Positions 40,877-51,482 of a DNA stretch of 64,000 bases are shown here, in pieces. The first letter of the stretch is position 1; each line of letters begins with the position of its first letter. The notes beneath the pieces are model-generated. The model saw only the letters and a program-made list of their open reading frames with translations, had not been told where the DNA came from and did no database searches. The position numbers were made by a program, and so were the translations under genes. The stretch lies in contig OZ244960.1 of NCBI GenBank assembly GCA_965222605.1, positions 2,048,001 to 2,112,000 of the forward strand. The letters run 5' to 3'. Origin of the DNA: Candidatus Latescibacterota bacterium (GTDB lineage Bacteria > Latescibacterota > UBA2968).

Positions 40877-41545
40877 GTGAAGATAGAAAAGATAGATTTC
40901 CGTTTGCTGGATGCCTCCATAGAACTTGATGTGTTGGAAGAACACTTACAACTTATCGAAAATCAGATGGAGCATATTGAGAGGACAGAACGGAATAAGA
41001 CTGAGACATACATTCGTAAAGAGGGTCTATGCCCAGATGATCCAGAATGGCACATTGCTTGGCAGAAGTACGACTATCGTATTGACCAACTCCCAAGATT
41101 TTTCCGAGGGACTTTTCTTGTGGTACTCTATGCCGCGTATGAATCTATTGTCACTGAAATAGCCCGTTTAATTCAAGTTAAGCAGTCCCAGAAGATCGCG
41201 ATCAACCATCTCAAAGGGGGTTTCTTAGAAAGGGCTAAGAAATACTATAAACACATCCTGAAATTTGATCTCTATTCAGAAGAAAAGGTATGGCAACAGG
41301 TCAAGATGCTGTCAACACTCAGAAATGCCTTTGCACACGCGAATGGTCGCTTGGACATGCTCAACGAAAAATCAAAAAAGGAAATGAAAAAATGGAGAAA
41401 AGAAAAACGCGGAATCTCGACGTACTACGGTTACATAATATGTGAAGCAAACATAGTCTCTGATATATTCAGTGCAGTGCGTGATTCTCTGGAAGATCTG
41501 ATTGAAAGGTATAAGCACTGGGACGATCAACATGGGCACACATAG
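40877..41545 (+). CDS. Hypothetical protein with HEPN-like RxxxxH motif
   Basis: LYAAYE and LRNAFAH; GGAGG RBS. Confidence 0.55.
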   Translation: MKIEKIDFRLLDASIELDVLEEHLQLIENQMEHIERTERNKTETYIRKEGLCPDDPEWHIAWQKYDYRIDQLPRFFRGTFLVVLYAAYESIVTEIARLIQVKQSQKIAINHLKGGFLERAKKYYKHILKFDLYSEEKVWQQVKMLSTLRNAFAHANGRLDMLNEKSKKEMKKWRKEKRGISTYYGYIICEANIVSDIFSAVRDSLEDLIERYKHWDDQHGHT

Positions 41546-41661
41546 TTCTCTGAGACGGACCGCCGCTCAGCATTAGGCGATAAAGAAGAATCAAAAAATG
41601 ACAAAAATAAAAAGCTTATCCGAGGAATCACAAAATGGTAAATATAAAGAGATGTCAGGCG

Positions 41662-42714
41662 ATGAAACGATCTACGACAAACTGGCTATGGCTGCTATGT
41701 GCTGTAGTTCTCGTATTTATTAGAACTAATCCGGCGAACGCCCAAACTACACAGGAGATCGCCAAGCAGGCTTTTGGTTCTACTGTGCTGTTGGTTATGG
41801 AAGACGCAAACGGCCAATCGCTTTCCCTTGGCAGTGGTTTTTTCGTCCGTGACGGAGAGATTGCCAGCAACCTGCATGTCGTCGAAGGGGCGGTGCGCGG
41901 ATACGCAAAGCTGGTTGGCCAGAAGACAAAGTATGACCTTGAAGGCATCACAGCAGTTGATCCCGAACGGGATCTGGTAGTGCTCAAGATTGTATCTACT
42001 GGCTCGCCGGTGCTACCCCTTGATAATAGCGACGCCGTACAGGTTGGAGAATTTGTTTACGCCGTAGGCAACCCGCAGGGATTGGAGGGCACGTTTTCGC
42101 AAGGAATCGTGAGCAGCATCCGCGAGGTTGGCACTGACAAGCTTCTCCAGATCACGGCTCCGATCTCGCCAGGTAGTAGCGGCGGCCCTGTATTAAATGC
42201 AAGAGGAAAAGTAATCGGTGTTTCAGTGGCGACCTTTAGAGGAGGGCAAAATCTGAACTTCGCAATCCCGGTGAACTATCTGAAGGTCTTGCTTGAAAAA
42301 TCTGGGCCGGCAAAACCACTGGCACAAGCGAAACCCACCAAGTCCAAACGGTCAATATTGTCAGGTCTGGGCGATAAAAATTCGGAAGGTATCATTGGAA
42401 CTCAATTTGTTTGGTGGTCCTTTGTCCAATACGAGTTGACCTTTCCATATGATGGGCGATATTCATTGTCTCTGAGAAATCAACTACGTGAATCTGTTAA
42501 AAACGTTTATATGTTGGTAGTATTCTATGATTCACAGGGCAGTCCTCTTGATGTCAATGTCGTCAGGTATTCAGGATTGATTCCAGCGGGTTTAGCCAAA
42601 CGCGTCTTTGGACAAACTGATGGTAGTGTTCAGAAAATTACGACCCCGAGAAGAAGTGCAACCCCATCTACAAAAGTAGAATTTCGTATTCTCGATTTCG
42701 AAATTGCGGATTGA
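41662..42714 (+). CDS. Exported trypsin-like (S1C) serine protease with a C-terminal beta domain
   Basis: Signal peptide; GSGFF, SNLHVV, DLVVL, PGSSGGP. Confidence 0.9.
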   Translation: MKRSTTNWLWLLCAVVLVFIRTNPANAQTTQEIAKQAFGSTVLLVMEDANGQSLSLGSGFFVRDGEIASNLHVVEGAVRGYAKLVGQKTKYDLEGITAVDPERDLVVLKIVSTGSPVLPLDNSDAVQVGEFVYAVGNPQGLEGTFSQGIVSSIREVGTDKLLQITAPISPGSSGGPVLNARGKVIGVSVATFRGGQNLNFAIPVNYLKVLLEKSGPAKPLAQAKPTKSKRSILSGLGDKNSEGIIGTQFVWWSFVQYELTFPYDGRYSLSLRNQLRESVKNVYMLVVFYDSQGSPLDVNVVRYSGLIPAGLAKRVFGQTDGSVQKITTPRRSATPSTKVEFRILDFEIAD

Positions 42715-42785
42715 TTACAAAATTGCCTAACCCGCAGAGTAGGCAGCGGAAATATGATAGAAAATCTCAAGGAGGCCAGCCGCGT

Positions 42786-43442
42786 ATGGCACGAGGAGTC
42801 AACAAAGTCATCTTGATCGGCAATTCTGGCGCCGATCCCGAGCTTCGATACACGCCAGGAGGCACAGCCGTATCGAACTTCAGCATCGCCACCAACGAAA
42901 GCTGGACCGACAGCGGTGGTGAAAAACAAGAACGCACCGAATGGCACCGCATTGTGGTGTGGGGCCGTTTGGCCGAAATCTGCAACCAGTATCTGCGCAA
43001 AGGCAGCAAAGTCTATATCGAAGGCAAATTGCAAACGCGCAGTTGGGAAGGGCAAGATGGGTTAAAGCGCTATACCACCGAAGTGGTTGCCCACGATATG
43101 CAATTGCTGGATTCACGTAGTGATATGGGAAGGGACATTGGATATGGCGGTGAAGAGTCTCAACCCCAGGGCATACCACAGCCTCAGACAGCAACGACTG
43201 AAAAGAACGATACGACACGACAACAACTTAATGTGGCACAAGGGGTAAGGTGTGACGAGTGCAAGGCGGTTATACCTGAAGAACGCCTCAAGGCCATTCC
43301 TGACACACGATTGTGTGTGAAGTGCAAGGATAAGAACGAAAAGATTGTTGGTGAAGAAAAAGAACTTATGCGACAAAGGCGTAAACAATGGGAGAGTGGA
43401 CGCTACATCATTGGGCCGTATTCTCCGCCACCACCGACGTAG
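42786..43442 (+). CDS. ssb: Single-stranded DNA-binding protein with a C-terminal DksA/TraR-type C4 zinc finger
   Basis: [32 protein letters not shown]; then C-x2-C-x17-C-x2-C. Confidence 0.9.
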   Translation: MARGVNKVILIGNSGADPELRYTPGGTAVSNFSIATNESWTDSGGEKQERTEWHRIVVWGRLAEICNQYLRKGSKVYIEGKLQTRSWEGQDGLKRYTTEVVAHDMQLLDSRSDMGRDIGYGGEESQPQGIPQPQTATTEKNDTTRQQLNVAQGVRCDECKAVIPEERLKAIPDTRLCVKCKDKNEKIVGEEKELMRQRRKQWESGRYIIGPYSPPPPT

Positions 43443-43475
43443 TTTCATCAATCAAATTTCCCTCGCAATATTGAT

Positions 43476-43835
43476 CTAATGCGAAAGGGCGGCTTGTTGT
43501 GTGGGTTGGCTTGGTTTTGTGACGGCTTTGACCTTGAGTTGCAAGCCTGTCTGTTGCTGAAGGCAGTGGATGACCGCAAAGAGGGTATGTGCGTCAAGAC
43601 TGTCCTCGGATGTGAACATTTGCATCAGGCTATCGGGCGATTTGGCGATCAGCTTGCCCAACTTTTGAAAGCCAATGGTCGCCCTGATGTAATCGTACAA
43701 CATCACTCTGCCTGTGCCCACTTCGCCTTCAAGCAGGCACTCGAACATGACGTTGAGCAGTTCCGCGCCGAAAGCCGGCTCGCGCTCTATGCGCTCCTGG
43801 AGCGTTTTCCAAGAAGGTCGCGTTAAAGGGGGCAT
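43476..43835 (-). CDS. Addiction-module antidote (HTH antitoxin)
   Basis: DYIRATIGFQKL..KSPDSLMQMF; downstream of the toxin gene. Confidence 0.8.
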   Translation of the reverse strand: MPPLTRPSWKTLQERIEREPAFGAELLNVMFECLLEGEVGTGRVMLYDYIRATIGFQKLGKLIAKSPDSLMQMFTSEDSLDAHTLFAVIHCLQQQTGLQLKVKAVTKPSQPTQQAALSH

Positions 43836-43845
43836 CTCAAGTCTC

Positions 43846-44166
43846 CTATCGTTTGCGGCGTTTGTATTCGCGCCAGAGTTGTCGGGCAGTTTCGATATCC
43901 CATTGCTGTCGCTGCTTCGTTCCGCCACCCAAAAGGATGATCAAAACATCGCCTTCCCTGCCAAAGTAGATCCGATAGCCGGGGCCGAAGTCTATCCGAC
44001 ATTCCAAGACCCCGGCACCCACACCTCTTGCGTTGGAAAAGTTGCCATCCTTCATCCTGGCCAGTGCTTTTGCCACTCTAACTGCGGCTTGTCGGTTGAG
44101 CCGATTGAACCATCGGGCGTAGGAGTTGCGTCCGTTAGCGTCGATGTATTCTACGCTTTCGATCAT
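43846..44166 (-). CDS. RelE/HigB-like addiction-module toxin
   Basis: GVLECRIDFGPGYRIYF, LLGGGTKQRQ. Confidence 0.9.
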   Translation of the reverse strand: MIESVEYIDANGRNSYARWFNRLNRQAAVRVAKALARMKDGNFSNARGVGAGVLECRIDFGPGYRIYFGREGDVLIILLGGGTKQRQQWDIETARQLWREYKRRKR

Positions 44167-44320
44167 AAATGTTCCGGGCAGGATACGATTTGGCAAGTCT
44201 CTACGCCGAGCGTTTACGGTGGCAAGAAGATGTGAGATAAAAATTAAGCATGTAAATAAAGTGTTGCAAATAAAAAATTGAAGCCATTGTATATATATTT
44301 GATTGAAAGGAACTTACCCA

Positions 44321-45133
44321 ATGAAACTATCCGATCACATACACTGGTCATTTCAGTACGATGGCAGAAGTCAGACGCCGCATTTTGGCAAGCAATTGAT
44401 AGAGATACTGAATAGAGGCACTTCAGCACATGCACTGAGCCAAACAGCGCGAGCATCTGAAAAAAAATACACAGTTCTCCCGAACTATTGGAAAGGGTAT
44501 AAAGGACGTGCGGGTGAAGAAGCTGTGCGCGACCTGGCAATTGGCGAAGTAATAATCAACAGAAAGCGCGAGCCATCGAAAAACTGGTGTTACGATATTC
44601 AATTTCTGAACACCACAAGTGGCGAAAATTTGCACCTCGACTTTTATACTGCGGACGACGACCTCCGCACCCTGCGGGACACCTGGCGCGTAACAGCGAC
44701 CAATGGTGCGGGGGATAACTATCGCCAATTTGCATGCGAAGGACACATCACATCACAGGGAGACCAACAGCAAGTCTCCCTCGTAGTCAACAACACAACC
44801 TTACCCATCGGTCATTTCGAAAGCTCCCACCCCATCACCTGCAACTGGACGCTATTTGACGCAATCCCAAACCTCGCCCACCAGTTAAAAGCATCTGGCG
44901 AACAAATTTCTCTCGCCATATTGGAAGACCTCGAAAAAATCCGCACACCCGTGCGTATTGGCTATATGGAAGACAGTGCTCTGACACTCGACGATGGAAC
45001 CCTGAAACTCTCCGGCTTCTTCGTCTATGGATCGGGAACACTACCCTCGTACTGGTGGCTGGATCAACGGGAACAGGTCATAATCGCATCGACCACATTC
45101 CAAACCTTCGTACTCTCAGGAGGCGCGGCATGA
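44321..45133 (+). CDS. Hypothetical protein, first gene of the sulfatase-GH32 operon
   Basis: Long ORF with AAGGA RBS; ATGA overlap with the sulfatase. Confidence 0.7.
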   Translation: MKLSDHIHWSFQYDGRSQTPHFGKQLIEILNRGTSAHALSQTARASEKKYTVLPNYWKGYKGRAGEEAVRDLAIGEVIINRKREPSKNWCYDIQFLNTTSGENLHLDFYTADDDLRTLRDTWRVTATNGAGDNYRQFACEGHITSQGDQQQVSLVVNNTTLPIGHFESSHPITCNWTLFDAIPNLAHQLKASGEQISLAILEDLEKIRTPVRIGYMEDSALTLDDGTLKLSGFFVYGSGTLPSYWWLDQREQVIIASTTFQTFVLSGGAA

Positions 45134-46620
45134 GCGAGCGACCCAATATCCTATTCATCAATACCGACCAGCACACCTGGGACGTGATATCCGCCTACGG
45201 CAACACACATGTAAAAACGCCACACATCGACCGCCTGCACAACAACGGCATATCATTTATGCGGTCTTATAGCAGTGACCCGGTCTGCGCCCCTGCGCGT
45301 GCGAGTTGGATGACCGGGCGATTCACCTCAGAAGCCGGCACCCCGTTCAACGGCGGCTATTTGCACGAAGACATACCCGACCTGGGACAGATATTACAAC
45401 AAAGCGATTATCGCGCAATCCACTGCGGCAAATGGCACGTAGATGGCCGAAACGTGTACGATAGTTTCGACGTCCTGTACTACGGTCAAAAGCGAATCGG
45501 GGCAGGCGGTGGCGAATACTACGACTCGGCAATGACCCATGCTGTCGTGGACTTTTTGACGGACTACGACAAAACCGATCCATTTTATCTCCAGATCTGG
45601 TATGTCAACCCGCACGACATCTGTGAGTACGGTCACAACTTTGAAACAAAAGAAATGCCCGACGCCGTGCGCCGGGGCATGCTCAGCGAAGAGGACTTAC
45701 CCCCTCTACCTGAAAATTTTAATTACGACACCCGCGAAACCGTCTTGCATCGTGTATGCAGGCGCGTAGATGAATGCCTGATACACTGGCCGATCTTGCG
45801 AGCCATGAAAACATGGGACGAACTCCAATGGCGAACATTTATATGGAATCATCACCGCTTCGTAGAAAAAGTAGATGGCGAAATCGGCCTGATCTTAACC
45901 GCACTTGAGCAAAGCGGCCTCGCGGATAACACTGTAATTATCTTCAGCGTAGATCACGGCGAAGCCTTTGGGCAACACCAGATGTTCCAGAAATTTTCCC
46001 TTTATGAAGCCAGCATTCGCGTACCCTTTATTGTCTCCTCACTCGGACACAACTTAAACATTCCCAAAGGCGCGTTTGACCACAAACACTTTGTATCCGG
46101 TGTCGATCTCCTGCCCACCGTATGCGACTATGCCGGGATTGACCCACCCGAACATGCACGGGGAATGAGCGTACGCCCCCTTGTTGAGGGACAGGATGTG
46201 CCCTGGCGCGATTTTGCCTTTGTCGAAAGCAACTACTGGGGACGCGCACTGCTCTTTGACCGTTATAAATACGTCTGTGAGTATATTCCCTACGGCCATA
46301 AAAAAGACCTGCTCCCACCCGGCCCCGATCCCGAACGCATTGGCCTTGAGCAAATTTTTGATCTACAGAACGACCCGGGAGAAACGCAAAATCTTGCCTT
46401 TGACGAAAACAAACGCGCTTTACTAATGCAATGCCGCCAGGCATTATTGAATTTTGAAGCGGGATTGGAACGGCGGCAAATCACACACGAGCGACCCGTC
46501 CGTCAAATCGGCACATGGGGACAGCGAATTCGGGCGCACTGGGACGCACACCCCGAATTGGAAGCCATGAGAATCCCCCCGCAAACAGCAAATTCAAACA
46601 GAAAGGACATTTCACCATGA
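45130..46620 (+). CDS. Sulfatase
   Basis: PNILFINTDQ, CAPARASWMTG, GKWH, VDHG. Confidence 0.92.
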   Translation: MSERPNILFINTDQHTWDVISAYGNTHVKTPHIDRLHNNGISFMRSYSSDPVCAPARASWMTGRFTSEAGTPFNGGYLHEDIPDLGQILQQSDYRAIHCGKWHVDGRNVYDSFDVLYYGQKRIGAGGGEYYDSAMTHAVVDFLTDYDKTDPFYLQIWYVNPHDICEYGHNFETKEMPDAVRRGMLSEEDLPPLPENFNYDTRETVLHRVCRRVDECLIHWPILRAMKTWDELQWRTFIWNHHRFVEKVDGEIGLILTALEQSGLADNTVIIFSVDHGEAFGQHQMFQKFSLYEASIRVPFIVSSLGHNLNIPKGAFDHKHFVSGVDLLPTVCDYAGIDPPEHARGMSVRPLVEGQDVPWRDFAFVESNYWGRALLFDRYKYVCEYIPYGHKKDLLPPGPDPERIGLEQIFDLQNDPGETQNLAFDENKRALLMQCRQALLNFEAGLERRQITHERPVRQIGTWGQRIRAHWDAHPELEAMRIPPQTANSNRKDISP

Positions 46621-48167
46621 GCGACACACCAGATTACACATCACTCGTACCGCACTACACATTTCCAAACACACTTGAAGAACAGCGCGAAGCCCTCGCC
46701 ACAAATCCGCTATTACAGCGGATGAATGAATCGCGAAAAGGGTATGAAGGCGATCCGCACAGACCTATCTATCACTATGTAAATCCAGAACACACCCTCA
46801 ATGATCCCAATGGGATTTGCTTCTGGCAGGGGCGATGGCATCTGTTTTACCAGGCATATCCCCCCGAAGACCCTCGTCAGCACTGGGGACACGCCATCAG
46901 CGACGACTTGATCCATTGGGAAGATCTGCCCTATGCGATTTATCCCAATCCCGAACGCTGCTGTTTTTCCGGCGCAACACTCGTGGAAGACGATCGCGTC
47001 ATCGCCATGTATCACGGCACCATGGTTGGCAACATGGTCGCCGTATCGAGCGATCCCCTGCTATTGAACTGGGAAAAAGTAACCGGACAAGCCGTAATCC
47101 CCATGGAAAATCCCGATGGCTCCACACCGCCCTATCGGGTATTTGATCCCTGTATCTGGAAAAAGGGAGATTTTTATTACTCGCTCTCCGGCGGCACCCT
47201 GCCCGGACTGGGTGGCAAGCGCACCCGCGCGAACTTCTTGCTCCGCTCACCCGATCTGGCGAACTGGACATATTTGCATCCATTTGTCGAAGACGATCTG
47301 TTCACGCTCGTTGGCGACGACGGCGCCTGCCCCTATTTCTGGCCCATTGCAGATCGCCATATCTTGCTGTTCTACAGCCACATGAGCGGGGGGCAATATC
47401 TGCTGGGCGATTACGACAAAGAGCGCGACAAATTTGTGGTGACAGCGCATGACAAATGCAATTTTGGTCCCTCGGGTCCCTGTGGCGTACACGCGCCTTC
47501 AGCAACCCCGGATGGAAATGGCAATATCATTGTGATTTTCAACATGAACCCTGGCAAGCCGACAGAGAATTGGAACCAGATCATGACCCTGCCCCGCAAA
47601 TTAATCCTCATCGGCGACGAGGATTTGCGCGTAGAACCAGCGGGCGACGTGGAATCTCTGCGCCGCGATCACCAGCACGTAGATGGCATGACACTCGCGG
47701 CCAATACTGAGGTCGTACTCGACAATATCCAGGGCAACGCGATGGAGATCGTCGCTGAAATCGATACCAAAAACGCGCCCATGGTCGAGATGGACGTATT
47801 GCGGTCACCGAACAAAGAAGAAGTCACACGCATTATGTTTTTCAAAGACCGCGGGTTCAGAAATCGAGAACTCAACACACAAAAGAGCTTGATCACCATC
47901 GATTCATCGTGTTCATCAATTCTACCCGACGTGCGCACCCGCGCACCAGAAACCGCTTCGGTCTATATCGCGCCGGACGAAACCCTGAAATTGCGCGTAT
48001 TTGTCGATAAAAGCGTCGTAGAAGTATTTGTAAACGACAAACAATGCGTGGCATTGCGCGTCTATCCCGGGCGCGAAGACAGCACTGGCGTCTCCCTGCG
48101 GTCACAGGGACAGGACAGCGAACTCCTGTCTCTCGACGCCTATCAAATGGAGAATATCTACGAATAA
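46617..48167 (+). CDS. GH32-family glycoside hydrolase with atypical catalytic motifs
   Basis: NDPNG, HWGHAIS, FSG, FDP, ACP, LRVFVDKSVVEVF. Confidence 0.88.
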   Translation: MSDTPDYTSLVPHYTFPNTLEEQREALATNPLLQRMNESRKGYEGDPHRPIYHYVNPEHTLNDPNGICFWQGRWHLFYQAYPPEDPRQHWGHAISDDLIHWEDLPYAIYPNPERCCFSGATLVEDDRVIAMYHGTMVGNMVAVSSDPLLLNWEKVTGQAVIPMENPDGSTPPYRVFDPCIWKKGDFYYSLSGGTLPGLGGKRTRANFLLRSPDLANWTYLHPFVEDDLFTLVGDDGACPYFWPIADRHILLFYSHMSGGQYLLGDYDKERDKFVVTAHDKCNFGPSGPCGVHAPSATPDGNGNIIVIFNMNPGKPTENWNQIMTLPRKLILIGDEDLRVEPAGDVESLRRDHQHVDGMTLAANTEVVLDNIQGNAMEIVAEIDTKNAPMVEMDVLRSPNKEEVTRIMFFKDRGFRNRELNTQKSLITIDSSCSSILPDVRTRAPETASVYIAPDETLKLRVFVDKSVVEVFVNDKQCVALRVYPGREDSTGVSLRSQGQDSELLSLDAYQMENIYE

Positions 48168-48193
48168 TAACCGCGGACATCCCACCCACAAAC

Positions 48194-48230
48194 AAAAGCC
48201 CCCGACGCCATAACCGCACCGGGGGCTTTT
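48194..48230. terminator. Bidirectional terminator between convergent genes
   Basis: aaaagccccc...gggggctttt. Confidence 0.65.
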
Positions 48231-48246
48231 CGCTACTGTACAGCCT

Positions 48247-49428
48247 TCACGACATAGTCTGGAAGCGTTCCCAAGATTCACCAGCCGCTGCCGCTTGCCG
48301 CTCCAACTCACCGCGCCAACCGATCACCTCACCGGCTTTGACGCGCTTAATATCAAAACCCGGATACCGATCCTCGAGCGTATCCCCGAGTTTCGTTTTC
48401 TCAGCCCAGCGATCCCACGCCGTCTTCATCCACTCGTGTGGTAGTGCTTCTCTCACAGCGGGATCGAGTTGCCAGGCATGTCGCACATCGCTCACAGATG
48501 GCTCCTCCGTAGATGGTCCCGACCACTTCGACCAACCAATTGACAACGTATTGCGCTCGCGATCGGGAACCGTGTGCCCCGTATGGATCGTCGTCCCATT
48601 GCGGATAAGAGCTTCCCCAGCCTTGAGCCGGATCGCCACCTGCCCCGGCAATGGGTCTTTGCCATTCCAACTCGGCGTATGCGGCACCCCCTGCTCCTTC
48701 ACCGCCTTCGGCAAAAGCACATCGTGTTCAAACGGCGTACGCCACCGATTGTGGCTCCCCGGTATGAGTTCGTGACACTCGTCGTCCGCCAATGCCAAAA
48801 ACATACTCACGCCATTCCGCTCCACGAGAGACTTCGCATTATTTGCGCGGATCTCTTCCCAGCGTTTCCTCTCAACCTCCTCAGAATACGCCTCTGGATC
48901 TTTACCCCGCTCGTCCCGCTGTGCAAAATAGCGCTCCCCCGTGCCCCACCACGTCACATCCCGGTGCCAACTCAGCTTATTCTCCTTCTGCCGGGCATTG
49001 CACCAAAGCAGCAACCCACCCAGCACCATATCTTCGGACTGCAGCCCGTCACACCACGAATGAACAAAATTCAGAAAATCTGGCGAACCGTGAAACTCCG
49101 CAAAACACGGCTCCCCGAAAGCGGGATGGACAAGTCCCCGAATCGCCCACGGTTCATCGTTCCCCGTGCGGTGTACATAACCCTTCGAACAGTCGATCTT
49201 GCTGTACCCATTCTCTGGCGCGCACGCCTCGGTCACGCGGCGACCCGCCTCGCGGAGAACGGGAATCCACGGATTATCGACAAAATCGGTAATAATCACA
49301 AAACCGTGCTCCTCCAGATGCGCCAATCGCTCTGGCGTAGCCCCGGGAGCCGCAAGCTCTGGCTTAGAATCGGCAAAAGCCGGAGCGCGATACGACGTTG
49401 ATGGTGATTGAGAATTGGACATCTTCAT
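48247..49428 (-). CDS. PhyH-family dioxygenase
   Basis: LEEHGFV, WHRD, IPGSH, TIHTG. Confidence 0.82.
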   Translation of the reverse strand: MKMSNSQSPSTSYRAPAFADSKPELAAPGATPERLAHLEEHGFVIITDFVDNPWIPVLREAGRRVTEACAPENGYSKIDCSKGYVHRTGNDEPWAIRGLVHPAFGEPCFAEFHGSPDFLNFVHSWCDGLQSEDMVLGGLLLWCNARQKENKLSWHRDVTWWGTGERYFAQRDERGKDPEAYSEEVERKRWEEIRANNAKSLVERNGVSMFLALADDECHELIPGSHNRWRTPFEHDVLLPKAVKEQGVPHTPSWNGKDPLPGQVAIRLKAGEALIRNGTTIHTGHTVPDRERNTLSIGWSKWSGPSTEEPSVSDVRHAWQLDPAVREALPHEWMKTAWDRWAEKTKLGDTLEDRYPGFDIKRVKAGEVIGWRGELERQAAAAGESWERFQTMS

Positions 49429-49560
49429 TCCTTTCGCCCCGTGCCAGATCTATGGTCTCAGCACTGAGGGCATCGTAAAGGTGATAAATCTGCGTTCCCC
49501 ACTTCCCATTTTTCTATATAAAAGAAATTTGGCATGAAACAAAAAATTTATCAAGAGCTA

Positions 49561-49648
49561 TCGGCAGTCAGCAATCAGCGGGCGACCACAGGGGGTCGCC
49601 CCTACAAACCACAACATCACCGTAGGGGACGGTCCCTGTGCCGTCCCC
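49561..49648. repeat. Pair of inverted GTAG-type REP elements
   Basis: gggcgaccacagggggtcgcccctac ... gtaggggacggtccctgtgccgtccc. Confidence 0.75.
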
Positions 49649-49773
49649 AGCAGATCTTGATTTACATCATATCTTCTAACATAGTAAAAATGTTGCTTTT
49701 TTTAAAAAGTGGTATAATTTTGGATGATGTGAAACTGGAACGTGAATTTGAGGAGATCGCAGAGGAGACCGCA

Positions 49774-50547
49774 ATGGAATTAACCGAAAGCCAAAAGCAA
49801 TTTTTCTACGAGGAAGGCTATCTCAGAGTCTCGGGTGCCGTATCCCGCGTCATGGTAGATGCGGCGCGACAGGCGATCAATGCCGAAATAGGCAAAGGGA
49901 ATACCAACCCATTTCCCGAAATCAACGCCACACCAGTCATTACGGACCTATTCAACGAAACACCCGTATTTTCCCTGCTCGAATCCGCATTGGGAGAAGG
50001 CAACTTGCAGCGCAGTCAGACAGGAAGTATCAAACTCAATTTTCCGCGCCCGCCAGGCAGTCTTCCGACAGGCACGTTGACGAAAAAAATTGGATGGGGT
50101 ATAAGCGGCGGGCACCTGGACGGCATTAAAGCCGTAGGCGATCGGTTGCGTGGGTTGCGTGAAGACGGTACGTATAACCGGAATTTTACATCTTTTGCGG
50201 TCGTATATCTGGATGATGTGCAGGTTCCCAATGGCGGCAATTTTACAATATGGCCCAGGTCGCATCATTTTTTTCAGGACTATTTCAAGGAACACGGGCA
50301 TCAGATTTTGGATGACCACATGCCCCATGTCGATTTGCCCGAAGGTCCGGTATTTGTAACTGGCGAAGCCGGAGACGTGGTCTTTGCCCATCACGCCATG
50401 GTGCATACGGGCTGCCCCAACTCCTCGCCAGACATTCGATACGCCGTGATTTTCAGAGCCAAACACACACAGATCAGTGAAATCGGATTCGATGCCTTCA
50501 CCGATATATGGCGCGAGTGGGATGGTGTGCGCGAGGCCGTAGCGTAA
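49774..50547 (+). CDS. PhyH-family dioxygenase
   Basis: FYEEGYL, GHLD, WPRSH, GDVVFAH..VHTG. Confidence 0.88.
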   Translation: MELTESQKQFFYEEGYLRVSGAVSRVMVDAARQAINAEIGKGNTNPFPEINATPVITDLFNETPVFSLLESALGEGNLQRSQTGSIKLNFPRPPGSLPTGTLTKKIGWGISGGHLDGIKAVGDRLRGLREDGTYNRNFTSFAVVYLDDVQVPNGGNFTIWPRSHHFFQDYFKEHGHQILDDHMPHVDLPEGPVFVTGEAGDVVFAHHAMVHTGCPNSSPDIRYAVIFRAKHTQISEIGFDAFTDIWREWDGVREAVA

Positions 50548-50574
50548 AACCAAATAACAGAAAGGAAATTCAGT

Positions 50575-51462
50575 ATGAAAACAGCATCTGACTTTGATCG
50601 TGAACTACTCGACCTCTACGATGAATATGTCCACGGACAAACAGATCGGCGAGGCTTCTTAAACCGCGCTGCGAAATTCGCAGTTGGCGGCGTAACCGCT
50701 GCCGCTTTGTTGGACAGCCTAAAACCCAATTACGCGCTTGCACAGCAAATCGCCAAAGACGACGAGCGCATCACCGCCGAGTACATAGAATACCCATCTC
50801 CAGAAGGACACGAAAAAACGCGCGGATACCTCGTCGCGCCAGCACAGGCAGAAGGCAAAGTACCCGGCGTCGTTGTCATCCACGAAAATCGCGGCTTAAA
50901 TCCCTACGTAGAAGACGTTGCCCGGCGTGTGGCAACGGCCGGCTTTCTGGCTTTGGCCCCCGACGCGCTCGCTCCTCTGGGCGGCTATCCCGGCACGGAT
51001 GACGAAGGGCGACTCATGCAGCGCGAGATAGATCGCAATAAGATGACAGAGGATTTTATCGCCTCTGCGCGTTATTTACACACACACGAAAAATGCACCG
51101 GAAAAGTCGGCGTCGTGGGCTTCTGCTTTGGCGGCGGCATGTCAAACACCCTTGCCGTGCGCATCCCCGATATTATCTCTGCCGCAGTCCCCTTTTACGG
51201 CCGCCAACCCGCCGCCGAAGACGTGCCAAAAATAAAAGGCGCCTTGCTCATCCACTATGCAGAATTGGACAGACGTATCAACCGGGGCTGGCCCGCTTAT
51301 GAAGCCGCACTCAAAGAAGCAGGCGTGAGTTACACGGCTCATATATACGAAAACGTCAACCACGGATTTCACAACGACACAACGCCGCGTTATGACGAAA
51401 CCGCTGCAAACCTCGCCTGGCAACGCACGATTGACTTTTTTAATGAGACATTGAAGAAATAG
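50575..51462 (+). CDS. Dienelactone hydrolase (YghX-like)
   Basis: [27 protein letters not shown]. Confidence 0.92.
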   Translation: MKTASDFDRELLDLYDEYVHGQTDRRGFLNRAAKFAVGGVTAAALLDSLKPNYALAQQIAKDDERITAEYIEYPSPEGHEKTRGYLVAPAQAEGKVPGVVVIHENRGLNPYVEDVARRVATAGFLALAPDALAPLGGYPGTDDEGRLMQREIDRNKMTEDFIASARYLHTHEKCTGKVGVVGFCFGGGMSNTLAVRIPDIISAAVPFYGRQPAAEDVPKIKGALLIHYAELDRRINRGWPAYEAALKEAGVSYTAHIYENVNHGFHNDTTPRYDETAANLAWQRTIDFFNETLKK

Positions 51463-51482
51463 CTTCTTAACAAGGAATTTTC

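Noticed and set aside
42711-44196. Prophage or plasmid remnant suggested by ssb and the TA pair
   Set aside because: No integrase, replication, structural or conjugation genes in the window
49534-49773. Extension of the PhyH ORF
   Set aside because: It translates REP and promoter DNA; GAGGAG precedes ATG 49774
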